From a virus, in IMG/VR virus record IMGVR_UViG_3300006104_000014, positions 1 through 64,000 of that record: a DNA stretch of 64,000 nt. One strand, 5' to 3'. A model generated the notes under the pieces. It did not search any database, was not told the DNA's origin, and was given only the letters and a program-made list of their open reading frames with translations. Numbering within the stretch: the first letter of the stretch is position 1; every line of letters begins with the position of its first letter. Shown in pieces: positions 57,101 through 64,000 of this stretch. The position numbers and the translations under genes were made by a program.

Positions 57101-57372
57101 TCCTCCTCTTCTTCTTCTTCAGCAGGGAACATCTTCTCCCAGCATGCAGGGCAGGTACCGGAGATCAACATCTCACGGTCATCAGCACTCAACTCCGGAA
57201 AAGCCTCCTGGATTGCCATCTCCTTGTTTTGCCAACGGAGGAATTTAACTCCATCAACACGGATACCAGGGTTGTCCTTCTGGCACATCAAGCACCTGGT
57301 TTCGATGTACATCTGCCCTTCTTCCAGCTGAATCTCTTCACCACTTCTGGCGAAAAAGGTCGTTGCCATCAT
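57097..57372 (-). CDS. Zn-binding hypothetical protein (paralog of 62897-63139)
   Basis: CLMC...IQEAFPELSADDREMLISGTCPACW; GGAGG RBS before ATG at 57372. Confidence 0.65.
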   Translation of the reverse strand: MMATTFFARSGEEIQLEEGQMYIETRCLMCQKDNPGIRVDGVKFLRWQNKEMAIQEAFPELSADDREMLISGTCPACWEKMFPAEEEEEEE

Positions 57373-57381
57373 TTCCTCCAC

Positions 57382-57441
57382 TTAGCCTGTCTCATCAGTA
57401 CCAGTAGGCTAATTCCGGTAGAGGCCTCACGGCCTTTCGAC
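57382..57441 (-). ncRNA. Type II hammerhead ribozyme HH1
   Basis: GUC GAAA GGCC GUGA GGCC UC^ UACCGG AAUUAGCCUA CUGGUA CUGAUGA GAC AGGCUAA; cleavage 57421/57420. Confidence 0.9.
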
Positions 57442-57845
57442 TACCGCAGATCGTTAGCGGCATCTTCTGGGAACTTCTGCTCGTATGCCCTGGCAATGAC
57501 TCCGTCACTGCTCAGCTTCATCATGTCGAACACCTCAATCCAGAGTCCTGAGATACTCTTGGAGATCCGACGGTAAGAAGCAGACTGTGTCATGTACTTC
57601 TCCTTCTTCTCCTTCCTGTCTTCGGACTGTTCCTCCTTCTCTTCAGACTCGGCGTACTCAATGAACCGGTTGCTGTGGGCAAGCAATGCTGACAAGATCC
57701 GGTCCCACTGTTCGTAGGACAACTCGATGGAAACCGTCAACGGTTCTTGCATCCTTTCTTTCTGTGCCCTGTAAGTCTCGATACGAGTATCGAAGTCACC
57801 GTCGATCTTGTCCACCAACTCCTGGGTTGTCTCTTCCGCTTCCAT
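57441..57845 (-). CDS. Helical hypothetical protein
   Basis: 134 aa between HH2 and HH1. Confidence 0.65.
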   Translation of the reverse strand: MEAEETTQELVDKIDGDFDTRIETYRAQKERMQEPLTVSIELSYEQWDRILSALLAHSNRFIEYAESEEKEEQSEDRKEKKEKYMTQSASYRRISKSISGLWIEVFDMMKLSSDGVIARAYEQKFPEDAANDLR

Positions 57846-57857
57846 ATTTCCCCCTAG

Positions 57858-57916
57858 TAGTCTGTCTCATCAGGTGTGGTAGACTAATTCCACACTACGC
57901 CTCACGGCGTTTCGAC
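57858..57916 (-). ncRNA. Type II hammerhead ribozyme HH2
   Basis: GUC GAAA CGCC GUGA GGCG UA^ GUGUGG AAUUAGUCUA CCACAC CUGAUGA GAC AGACUA; cleavage 57896/57895. Confidence 0.9.
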
Positions 57917-57925
57917 CGTACCTTT

Positions 57926-58264
57926 TTAAGCGTACTCGCGGTTTTCACCGATGTACCGTACGTACTTCTTGTATGTACCATTAGGTTGACGTCGGATTGT
58001 AGTCTCATAAGGCAACTTGTCTACCTCGTAACCGTTTTGCTTGTTGAACTTGGTCATGGGCACATGCATAAGCGTTGCCAAAATAGTAGTCGTTGAACGA
58101 TAAGTGTTGTGCTCACTCCAAAGGAACCACACACCTGGGTTGTCCTTTAGCTGCTTCTCCCGGATTATGGTCCTTATCGAAAGGTTCCTGCTTCCGGGTA
58201 GAGGGTCAACGATGGCTACTGGCTCTTCTTGTTGCATCTCAAACTTACTATACACCCTGTACAT
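57926..58264 (-). CDS. Hypothetical protein (NPGVW...YVRYIG family)
   Basis: AAGGAG RBS; between HH3 and HH2. Confidence 0.65.
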   Translation of the reverse strand: MYRVYSKFEMQQEEPVAIVDPLPGSRNLSIRTIIREKQLKDNPGVWFLWSEHNTYRSTTTILATLMHVPMTKFNKQNGYEVDKLPYETTIRRQPNGTYKKYVRYIGENREYA

Positions 58265-58282
58265 GTTGAGCTCCTTACTATG

Positions 58283-58340
58283 GGCCTGTCTCCTCAGTGC
58301 AGTTAGGCCAAATCCTGCAGACGCCTTACGGCGTTTCGAC
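58283..58340 (-). ncRNA. Type II hammerhead ribozyme HH3
   Basis: GUC GAAA CGCC GUAA GGCG UC^ UGCAG GAUUUGGCCUAA CUGCA CUGAGGA GAC AGGCC; cleavage 58320/58319. Confidence 0.9.
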
Positions 58341-58693
58341 TAGTGGATACCGTAGTAATCGAAGAGTTCTTCGATGGGATCCATCTCACGTCGGAGTATG
58401 TCATTTGCAACTCTGGAAGCCAATTCGAAGGTGTCGTAGTAGGCGTTGTGGTAAATACCACCCATCTTACTCTTAATCTCCATCTCCAGCTTGTATGGGC
58501 CTGAGTCACCACCAAGTGTGGAGATCATCACATCAAACGAATTGGGCCAGCGGGATGAGTCAAAATTCTCATCAGAGTGCAACACCAAACCTGCATCGTT
58601 GACAATGCGGTAATTGTGGATACCGTATCCGTCAAGATCGATTACACTCGTCAACTTCCACTTCACACCATCTACTTCGTAATCCGTCTTCAT
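58340..58693 (-). CDS. Hypothetical protein (start MKTDYE at 58693)
   Basis: ATGA overlap with the upstream small ORF. Confidence 0.6.
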   Translation of the reverse strand: MKTDYEVDGVKWKLTSVIDLDGYGIHNYRIVNDAGLVLHSDENFDSSRWPNSFDVMISTLGGDSGPYKLEMEIKSKMGGIYHNAYYDTFELASRVANDILRREMDPIEELFDYYGIH

Positions 58694-58866
58694 CGCATTG
58701 CATCCTTCCAAACAATGTTTTGGGCGTAGGTAACACTCTGTCTACCATCGATGTGGCCAACAACTACTTTGCAACGGCCACCTTGAGTAGCAAAACTCTC
58801 AACAATGGCAATCTGTCCTTTGACCGTACAAACACGGCCAATATCGGACACCTTCAGCTGATTCAT
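58690..58866 (-). CDS. Small beta-barrel-like protein (58 aa; not in the ORF track)
   Basis: GGAGG RBS directly after HH4; MNQLKVSDIGRVCTVKG... Confidence 0.6.
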   Translation of the reverse strand: MNQLKVSDIGRVCTVKGQIAIVESFATQGGRCKVVVGHIDGRQSVTYAQNIVWKDAMR

Positions 58867-58878
58867 TGTTCCTCCATT

Positions 58879-58937
58879 TGGTCTGCCTCATCAGCACCGG
58901 TGGACCAGTTCCGGTGGACGCCTCACGGCGTTTCGGC
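58879..58937 (-). ncRNA. Type II hammerhead ribozyme HH4
   Basis: GCC GAAA CGCC GUGA GGCG UC^ CACCGG AACUGGUCCA CCGGUG CUGAUGA GGC AGACCA; cleavage 58917/58916. Confidence 0.9.
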
Positions 58938-58948
58938 ATTACTACCGA

Positions 58949-59554
58949 TTACTTCTTGGCCTTGGCCAGCTTCGTGTTCCAGTCCAGCATGTCAGGACGG
59001 ATTGGCTCCAAACGTGCCTGAACTCTCATCTGTCCAACCTCGCAGAGCCGAGTTCCAACGGACACATACAATCCGTTCTTGACGGCCTGCTTACGGAGGT
59101 AACACGCAAAGGCGTCACGCTTGTGGTAAGGAACATCCACGATGTGGACTTCACCGTTCAACAGCTTATCGATGTCAAACAAACGTGACCACAAGACGTA
59201 TCGGCTGCCCTTGTTGAGGCTACCGGATCGCTTCTTGTCCTTATTGGACTTCCTGGTCTTGACACTCTTCGTGTCAGGTCCTGGGTCTTCCTGCTTCATG
59301 GGGACAAGGGGCTTAGACTCTGACACCTTTTTAACACTGGTGTCATAAAAGACCTTGTTACCGGCCTTCATCGTCTGGTCCATTAAAGCACTGCAAAGAA
59401 CCTCGTTGGACGAGTGTTCCAGGATACGACTCAGGAAGATATCGATTGCCTGATCGACAATCTCTTCCTTGGTCGTAGGGGTAGGGTTTATGTAAACCAA
59501 CAGGCACTCAATAAGCTGCAGCTTCTGTTGGGACACGGGGGACAGCTCTTGCAT
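58949..59554 (-). CDS. Hypothetical basic protein (possible DNA binding)
   Basis: GGGAG RBS; between HH5 and HH4. Confidence 0.6.
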   Translation of the reverse strand: MQELSPVSQQKLQLIECLLVYINPTPTTKEEIVDQAIDIFLSRILEHSSNEVLCSALMDQTMKAGNKVFYDTSVKKVSESKPLVPMKQEDPGPDTKSVKTRKSNKDKKRSGSLNKGSRYVLWSRLFDIDKLLNGEVHIVDVPYHKRDAFACYLRKQAVKNGLYVSVGTRLCEVGQMRVQARLEPIRPDMLDWNTKLAKAKK

Positions 59555-59583
59555 GTCTTTCTCCCATTTCTCACTGATAACAA

Positions 59584-59645
59584 CGATCTGCCATCATCAG
59601 GCCTAAGGTGATCAATCCTTAGACGACGCCTCACGGCGTTTCGGC
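59584..59645 (-). ncRNA. Type II hammerhead ribozyme HH5 (extra U after CUGAUGA)
   Basis: GCC GAAA CGCC GUGA GGCG UC^ GUCUAAGG AUUGAUCA CCUUAGGC CUGAUGA U GGC AGAUCG; cleavage 59625/59624. Confidence 0.85.
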
Positions 59646-59659
59646 ATTACTACCGATTA

Positions 59660-60103
59660 CTACAGGTACACCATCCAATCAAAGGAGGACCGGTCCGAAA
59701 CTCGGATGGTCTTGTCCGTTGAAGCCTGCAACAACCGGATCTGGTTGTCAATCTCTGAAAAGTTCGGCTCCTGAGGCTCTTGAGGCTTCGTGTACCAGTC
59801 ATTAGTCAAAAACGCTGGGTCCAAGCCGGACAAGTCAACCCTTGGGGCCACCGGCTCCCAACTGTAGCCTTGGATGTGGAATCCAATCTTTCCATCCTTA
59901 CTGGTGTAAAACCCACCACGGTTTGCAAATTCCACTTCATTGGCCTTGATCCAGGCCTTTACGGCAACTTCCACTGCCTTGTTCCAGGTCTTCAGACGTG
60001 TAGGGTAAGCCTTGACTTCCTCCACGTAACGAGCCATACGGTCCACTTTCCACTGCTCGAGAGCATCGATCAGGTATTGCTTCTCATACTTGTAGCTTGC
60101 CAT
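59660..60103 (-). CDS. Hypothetical protein (start MASYKY at 60103)
   Basis: GGAGG RBS; between HH6 and HH5. Confidence 0.65.
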   Translation of the reverse strand: MASYKYEKQYLIDALEQWKVDRMARYVEEVKAYPTRLKTWNKAVEVAVKAWIKANEVEFANRGGFYTSKDGKIGFHIQGYSWEPVAPRVDLSGLDPAFLTNDWYTKPQEPQEPNFSEIDNQIRLLQASTDKTIRVSDRSSFDWMVYL

Positions 60104-60133
60104 CAGGCATTCCTCCAAAGGAACACTGAATCA

Positions 60134-60194
60134 ACGGTTGTCTCATCAGGCCTGGGGTACCGCACCCCAGACGACATCCATAGGATGTTTCGAC
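60134..60194 (-). ncRNA. Type II hammerhead ribozyme HH6
   Basis: GUC GAAA CAUCC UAU GGAUG UC^ GUCUGGGG UGCGGUA CCCCAGGC CUGAUGA GAC AACCGU; cleavage 60173/60172. Confidence 0.9.
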
Positions 60195-60232
60195 CTTACT
60201 AACACTACCTACTATATCCTTAGGTACATTTC

Positions 60233-60286
60233 CCCCAAAGGATATATTATAATAAATTCCCGAATATTGCAAATTTATAATAAATA
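60233..60286 (-). promoter_or_regulatory. Early promoter repeat copy 2
   Basis: TTGCAA-N17-TAATAT with AT-rich upstream; 54 bp identical to 63173-63226. Confidence 0.7.
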
Positions 60287-60301
60287 GTAGGTGCAGGGGA
60301 G

Positions 60302-60329
60302 TGGGCAGTTTACGGTCGTACCCAGGACC
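60302..60329 (-). ncRNA. Small H-type pseudoknot, copy A
   Basis: GGUC CUGGGUAC GACC GUAAAC UGCCCA, 11 nt after a stop codon. Confidence 0.55.
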
Positions 60330-60340
60330 TAACAGTTGGC

Positions 60341-60679
60341 CTACAGATCTTGCAACTCTTCGTCTTCTGCAAAGATGTTACCATCAAACACATCGGTCTC
60401 ATCGACGTCATCGATTCCAAAGACCTCATCGGCCATCTCTTCAACCTCTTCAAGGAGGTCGGATGAGAAGGTGGTCACCACAGGAAGCACCTTAGCAACA
60501 TTGTCACCAGTGTGGACCTCCTCGGAAACTCGACCACTCTTGTCCTCCCAAAGTACTCGGACGAAGTAGTCGCCCTCGTGATCTTCGGTTGGCACCTCAA
60601 TGACCACACCGTTCCATTCCTTGGAACGTGGGGTCTTCTTCCGCCAAGTGACCTTTTGGCCCTCTGAGAAGTTCATCAT
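60341..60679 (-). CDS. SH3-like protein with acidic tail
   Basis: AAGGAG RBS after HH7; VTW...WNGVVI...VRVLW. Confidence 0.7.
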   Translation of the reverse strand: MMNFSEGQKVTWRKKTPRSKEWNGVVIEVPTEDHEGDYFVRVLWEDKSGRVSEEVHTGDNVAKVLPVVTTFSSDLLEEVEEMADEVFGIDDVDETDVFDGNIFAEDEELQDL

Positions 60680-60694
60680 TTCTATCTCCTTACT

Positions 60695-60753
60695 ATTAGC
60701 CTGTCATCTTCAGCACCGGGTGGCTAATCCCGATGGACCTATTAGGTTTCGAC
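60695..60753 (-). ncRNA. Type II hammerhead ribozyme HH7
   Basis: GUC GAAA CCU AAU AGG UC^ CAUCGGG AUUAGCCA CCCGGUG CUGAAGA U GAC AGGCUAAU; cleavage 60736/60735. Confidence 0.85.
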
Positions 60754-60858
60754 TAACTACACTAATTAATTGACGGTAGCAACATTAAGTAGACTACATC
60801 TCAATGTTCCGTACCTACTACCTTACTTACTATACCCTTTATTTTAACGGGCTAAGAA

Positions 60859-60886
60859 TGGGCCTTTTATTGTCATACCCAGGACA
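60859..60886 (-). ncRNA. Small H-type pseudoknot, copy B
   Basis: UGUC CUGGGUAU GACA AUAAAAG GCCCA, 12 nt after a stop codon; covaries with copy A. Confidence 0.55.
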
Positions 60887-60898
60887 TTAGGAGTGTTA

Positions 60899-61216
60899 CT
60901 ACCTTATTGCATCCACTCCGTAATATTGCCCATCCTTATCAATGAACTCTCTCTTCAACGTAGTCAATGCCCAATTTGAAGCATCCAAGAAGTTATCGAA
61001 AGATTGTTCAAACTTAGCTTCACCCATTCGTCCAGCAAGGCCAACTCCAGCTTTGAAGGATTCATCGGCCATATGAACAATATCAGCAAAACTGATATCA
61101 TCTTGCTTGGTTGGGTTCCAAGGACGTTCTTCAAGGGTCCAATAATAACCCTCATCACCCCCTACGCCACATTCCAACCAAAAAGCTCCGTCGATACTAT
61201 AGTTCTTACTATCCAT
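60899..61216 (-). CDS. Hypothetical protein
   Basis: 105 aa coupled ORF. Confidence 0.6.
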   Translation of the reverse strand: MDSKNYSIDGAFWLECGVGGDEGYYWTLEERPWNPTKQDDISFADIVHMADESFKAGVGLAGRMGEAKFEQSFDNFLDASNWALTTLKREFIDKDGQYYGVDAIR

Positions 61217-61371
61217 TATGGCCTTTCATCTTCTTTCATCAAATCGTGATTAGCTGGTGGATAATCCCAATCTTCGGTGTGCATACAATCATACCCTGCA
61301 ATCCAGTTGGAGCACATCCTCAGATGGTTTTCACGGGCCAACACCATCTCTTCATACGAGTTGAATAGCAT
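61216..61371 (-). CDS. Small hypothetical protein (51 aa; not in the ORF track)
   Basis: MLFNSYEEMVLARENH...; TAATG overlaps at both ends. Confidence 0.55.
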   Translation of the reverse strand: MLFNSYEEMVLARENHLRMCSNWIAGYDCMHTEDWDYPPANHDLMKEDERP

Positions 61372-61610
61372 TAATCCTCCTCTCTTTCTCTTACTTCACT
61401 GTTGGTGACTCTACCGTTGATACCCAACGAATGATCAGGAGGGTTCAACAAAAGACCACGACTAGCCATGAAGTTGTCCATAATCACCTCACTAGCTTTG
61501 AGTCGGTCCTCGTTGAGTTGCAGGAGATCTTCATCGGTGATCTTCTCCTTACCATCAGCTACCATCACAAACATGTAGTAGTTGGCTAGATACTCTCTGG
61601 TAACTTCCAT
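61371..61610 (-). CDS. Hypothetical protein
   Basis: GGAG RBS, 79 aa. Confidence 0.6.
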   Translation of the reverse strand: MEVTREYLANYYMFVMVADGKEKITDEDLLQLNEDRLKASEVIMDNFMASRGLLLNPPDHSLGINGRVTNSEVREREED

Positions 61611-61816
61611 TATATCTCCTCTACTGGTGGGTTACAACACTTACACTCGCCACCGCCCCCTGGGCCGGTAACTGAGAAACTACCATCTCTGTTTTGGGTC
61701 AATCCAGTCCATACTGCAACCTGACCATAATCTTCGATGGACCATACTGAGCCTGGAAAGGCCGTATGCATAGCAGCAACGAAATCATCTTCGTCCTTAA
61801 AAGCTACCTTACTCAT
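61610..61816 (-). CDS. Hypothetical protein (start MSKVAF)
   Basis: AAGGAG RBS; overlaps the upstream stop. Confidence 0.55.
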   Translation of the reverse strand: MSKVAFKDEDDFVAAMHTAFPGSVWSIEDYGQVAVWTGLTQNRDGSFSVTGPGGGGECKCCNPPVEEI

Positions 61817-62192
61817 CGTTCTCCTTCTTAGCCAGCTCATTACGTTGGAAGATGTCCAAGGTCTCTTCGTAGGTCATACCGGCAACCTCGTACCATGGTG
61901 CATCGAACAGGTGGTGTCCTTCGAGTATGGCTACTGCACCATGCTCTTCACCAATCTGACCGCCAACCTGCCATCCTCCGGTGTTACAATTGTTTTCACT
62001 ATCATACGGACCGAACTCAAAGTACGTACTGATACTAAAGAACTCATCGTAGGCATTCTGGGAGATCAGCTCCTGAGACAACTGACCCAAGACGTACCTC
62101 TCCTGGGTTTCGTTGGACTCCTTTACTTCATCGGTCATGACATCATAACCACCATGACGTACTGCCATGTACTTGATTTCACGGTACTTCAT
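61809..62192 (-). CDS. Hypothetical protein
   Basis: AAGGAG RBS, 127 aa. Confidence 0.6.
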   Translation of the reverse strand: MKYREIKYMAVRHGGYDVMTDEVKESNETQERYVLGQLSQELISQNAYDEFFSISTYFEFGPYDSENNCNTGGWQVGGQIGEEHGAVAILEGHHLFDAPWYEVAGMTYEETLDIFQRNELAKKENDE

Positions 62193-62204
62193 TATTGCTC
62201 CTTA

Positions 62205-62402
62205 CTAGTAGTTTGTCTTTTGACAATCTGGACAGGCCAACCACAACTCATCGGCTTGGGTATCTAGGTGGGCCCTCCATTGGTCATCATAACCATCTGG
62301 GTCAGCTACCTCCTCCTTCCACTTTTCGTCTCTAACCTTATAGCAAAAATCACACTGTTGCATTTGTTTACTTTCTGTTGTATGGGTTGTCACTGACATC
62401 AA
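62205..62402 (-). CDS. Small Zn-finger protein
   Basis: CDFC...CPDC. Confidence 0.5.
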   Translation of the reverse strand: MMSVTTHTTESKQMQQCDFCYKVRDEKWKEEVADPDGYDDQWRAHLDTQADELWLACPDCQKTNY

Positions 62403-62715
62403 TCATCCAAGGGCTGACCCAACCGGTATCTTGCTTCTCTCGGATGTCCTTAGCGGTCATACCACAAGGGCAACCTTGATCACCCCACCAAATCAATGTA
62501 CCACAGCAAAGGGAAGGCTCCATACCGGGAACACGTCCAATCTTTTGCTTACACATCACACAAGGCTCATCCTTGTTGGTATCATCAACGAAGTGCATCA
62601 CCAAAACTTCTGGGTCAACGGTAACTCCAAGGTCATAAGCAGCACACATCCAACACCAGATGTGACCTTCATTCTTATCAATGAAGTACTCTAGCATCTC
62701 TTGGTCCACTGTCAT
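62368..62715 (-). CDS. Cys-rich hypothetical protein
   Basis: GAGG RBS; multiple CxxC. Confidence 0.55.
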   Translation of the reverse strand: MTVDQEMLEYFIDKNEGHIWCWMCAAYDLGVTVDPEVLVMHFVDDTNKDEPCVMCKQKIGRVPGMEPSLCCGTLIWWGDQGCPCGMTAKDIREKQDTGWVSPWMIDVSDNPYNRK

Positions 62716-62894
62716 CGCTTATCCTCTCTGTTAGACTTGAGCACATGCTCTTTCCCCCACATGGTTGCTTCGAACTCCGAAGCCGTAACCCTATTGGAGA
62801 CCCAATCACAAGTACATGTAACGATGTACCGTGGCTTATCCTTTTCAACTGGGATCTTACTCTCAGTCCAGATACTTACCGTTGCTTCATGCAT
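62712..62894 (-). CDS. Small CxC...H Zn-binding protein (paralog of 63322-63522)
   Basis: YIVTCTCDWVS...WGKEH. Confidence 0.55.
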   Translation of the reverse strand: MHEATVSIWTESKIPVEKDKPRYIVTCTCDWVSNRVTASEFEATMWGKEHVLKSNREDKR

Positions 62895-62896
62895 AC

Positions 62897-63139
62897 TTAC
62901 TCACTTTCTAGCATTTCGTCGTAACAACTACCACAAACAAACGTCCCAATCAACGCCCTTTCATCTAAGCGTAATTCAGGAAATGCTTTCTCTAAGGACA
63001 ACTCACGGTTAAGCCATTTCATTATCCTTTTCTCTTTTACGATCAAGAGGTAAATAATCTCACATTCTACACACTCAACCTCAACTCCAATCTTACCATG
63101 GCCAATACCATCTAGGTAGACCAAATCATAACTGTCCAA
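62897..63139 (-). CDS. Zn-binding protein (paralog of 57097)
   Basis: AAGGAGG RBS; CVEC...LEKAFPELRLDERALI...CGSC. Confidence 0.6.
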   Translation of the reverse strand: MDSYDLVYLDGIGHGKIGVEVECVECEIIYLLIVKEKRIMKWLNRELSLEKAFPELRLDERALIGTFVCGSCYDEMLESE

Positions 63140-63172
63140 ACAGGTCTACCTCCTTATCCTTAGTACATATTA

Positions 63173-63226
63173 CCCCAAAGGATATATTATAATAAATTCC
63201 CGAATATTGCAAATTTATAATAAATA
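63173..63226 (-). promoter_or_regulatory. Early promoter repeat copy 3
   Basis: Identical to 60233-60286. Confidence 0.7.
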
Positions 63227-63321
63227 AGAGTTACTACTGTTTCTCTGTCTATGGGTCCCTATTATACCCCATCCAGTGTATGAGCATAAGAGACCTAATT
63301 GTAATAAGGTCTCACACAATA

Positions 63322-63522
63322 CTAACCCCACCTACTAAATATGGGTTTATCCACGTAAGTGCTTGTACTCACATGGTTTGAAGCCCAAACCTTTGCAATA
63401 AATTTGGTTGTATAAAGCTTGGGGTCAGACCATCCACATTCACATATTGCTTTGTAAAGGTGGACATTCTTACCACTTACTCTATATGGACCAACCTTAA
63501 CTGCTTTGGCGTAATGCTTCAT
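63322..63522 (-). CDS. Small CxC...H Zn-binding protein
   Basis: YKAICECGWS...WASNH. Confidence 0.55.
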   Translation of the reverse strand: MKHYAKAVKVGPYRVSGKNVHLYKAICECGWSDPKLYTTKFIAKVWASNHVSTSTYVDKPIFSRWG

Positions 63523-63653
63523 TCTGACTCAGCAGGTGGAAAAGGCTCCTGGGACCATTCTTGCTTTTGAACGGTCTTACCAGACTTTTCTACTGACCAG
63601 GTAGTGCGTACCCAAGCACGTGCCTTTGAAACAAACTTAACTGTCTGACGCAT
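63519..63653 (-). CDS. Small hypothetical protein (44 aa; not in the ORF track)
   Basis: MRQTVKFVSKARAWVRTTW...; ATGA overlap. Confidence 0.45.
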   Translation of the reverse strand: MRQTVKFVSKARAWVRTTWSVEKSGKTVQKQEWSQEPFPPAESE

Positions 63654-63684
63654 ATTATCTCTTTCTCTTACCCTTAATTGGGAG

Positions 63685-63766
63685 TGCCCGGAGCGGGACT
63701 CGAACCCGCACGACTTTCGTCACTGGCACCTAAAGCCAGCGTGTCTGCCTATTCCACCATCCGGGC
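63685..63766 (-). tRNA. tRNA-Leu(UAG)
   Basis: GCCCGGA/TCCGGGC acceptor, CTGGC-TTTAGGT-GCCAG anticodon arm, long variable arm, TTCGAGT T-loop. Confidence 0.9.
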
Positions 63767-63771
63767 GGATA

Positions 63772-64000
63772 CTACAGAGTATAAACTTCCTTACCCTTTT
63801 GCTGGGAATACCTTACAGTAGCCCAACTTGAATCTAAAAGTGATCCATACTTATCTTCAGTAGCAACAATCATATTATCGGATACGTCAACAATTTTCCT
63901 ATTACGGTGAATAAAGGGCAACGACTCCAATACCGTTGTTTCACCCTTACTATAATCACCTTGCAGCTCCTTAAAGGTCGGAGGATAAACGTTAATTTTA
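63772..64000 (-). CDS. SLOG-family (DprA/YspA-like) protein, C-terminal part
   Basis: HRNRKIVDVSDNMIVA...SSWATVRYSQQKGKEV*. Confidence 0.6.
   Translation of the reverse strand, partial: KINVYPPTFKELQGDYSKGETTVLESLPFIHRNRKIVDVSDNMIVATEDKYGSLLDSSWATVRYSQQKGKEVYTL

Noticed and set aside
57382-60753. Intergenic repeats read as a CRISPR array or plain terminators
   Set aside because: Spacers are whole genes, the repeats covary around a hammerhead core, there is no U-tract, and no cas genes are visible
2128-63012. Numerous plus-strand ORFs in the track
   Set aside because: Almost all are antisense to well-supported, tightly packed minus-strand genes, and none shows recognisable motifs

Overview
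This is a 64-kb segment of a large myovirus-type bacteriophage; nearly all credible genes are on the minus strand. Read right to left: (i) about 55.6-64 kb is an early/accessory region of small ORFs with repeated sigma70-like promoters and tRNA-Leu; (ii) about 32-55.3 kb holds probable head-associated or internal proteins and accessory enzymes (amidase, papain-like peptidases, Dps, metallophosphoesterase, SET domain, ParB-like), plus a tRNA cluster and a holin; (iii) 1-32 kb is the morphogenesis operon (portal, prohead protease, scaffold-like, decoration, major capsid, fibres, neck, sheath, tube, frameshifting tail chaperone, tape measure, baseplate hub with NlpC/P60, collagen-like fibre or spike). 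The gene order recalls actinobacterial myoviruses of the Bxz1/E3 type (inference). Two systems stand out. First, seven type II pseudoknotted hammerhead ribozymes sit in intergenic spacers of the early region (57.4-60.75 kb), each just upstream of a ribosome-binding site; six of them punctuate one operon. Second, a short N-terminal peptide, M(I)NWxxRY[A/S], is attached to at least ten diverse proteins, including an amidase and a SET domain, and looks like a capsid-loading and protease-cleavage tag. Also found: a second, unannotated -1 frameshift (U_UUU_UUA), a tRNA-Ile(UAU), and several unexplained structured RNAs. All product calls come from motif reading and synteny; no database searches were run.
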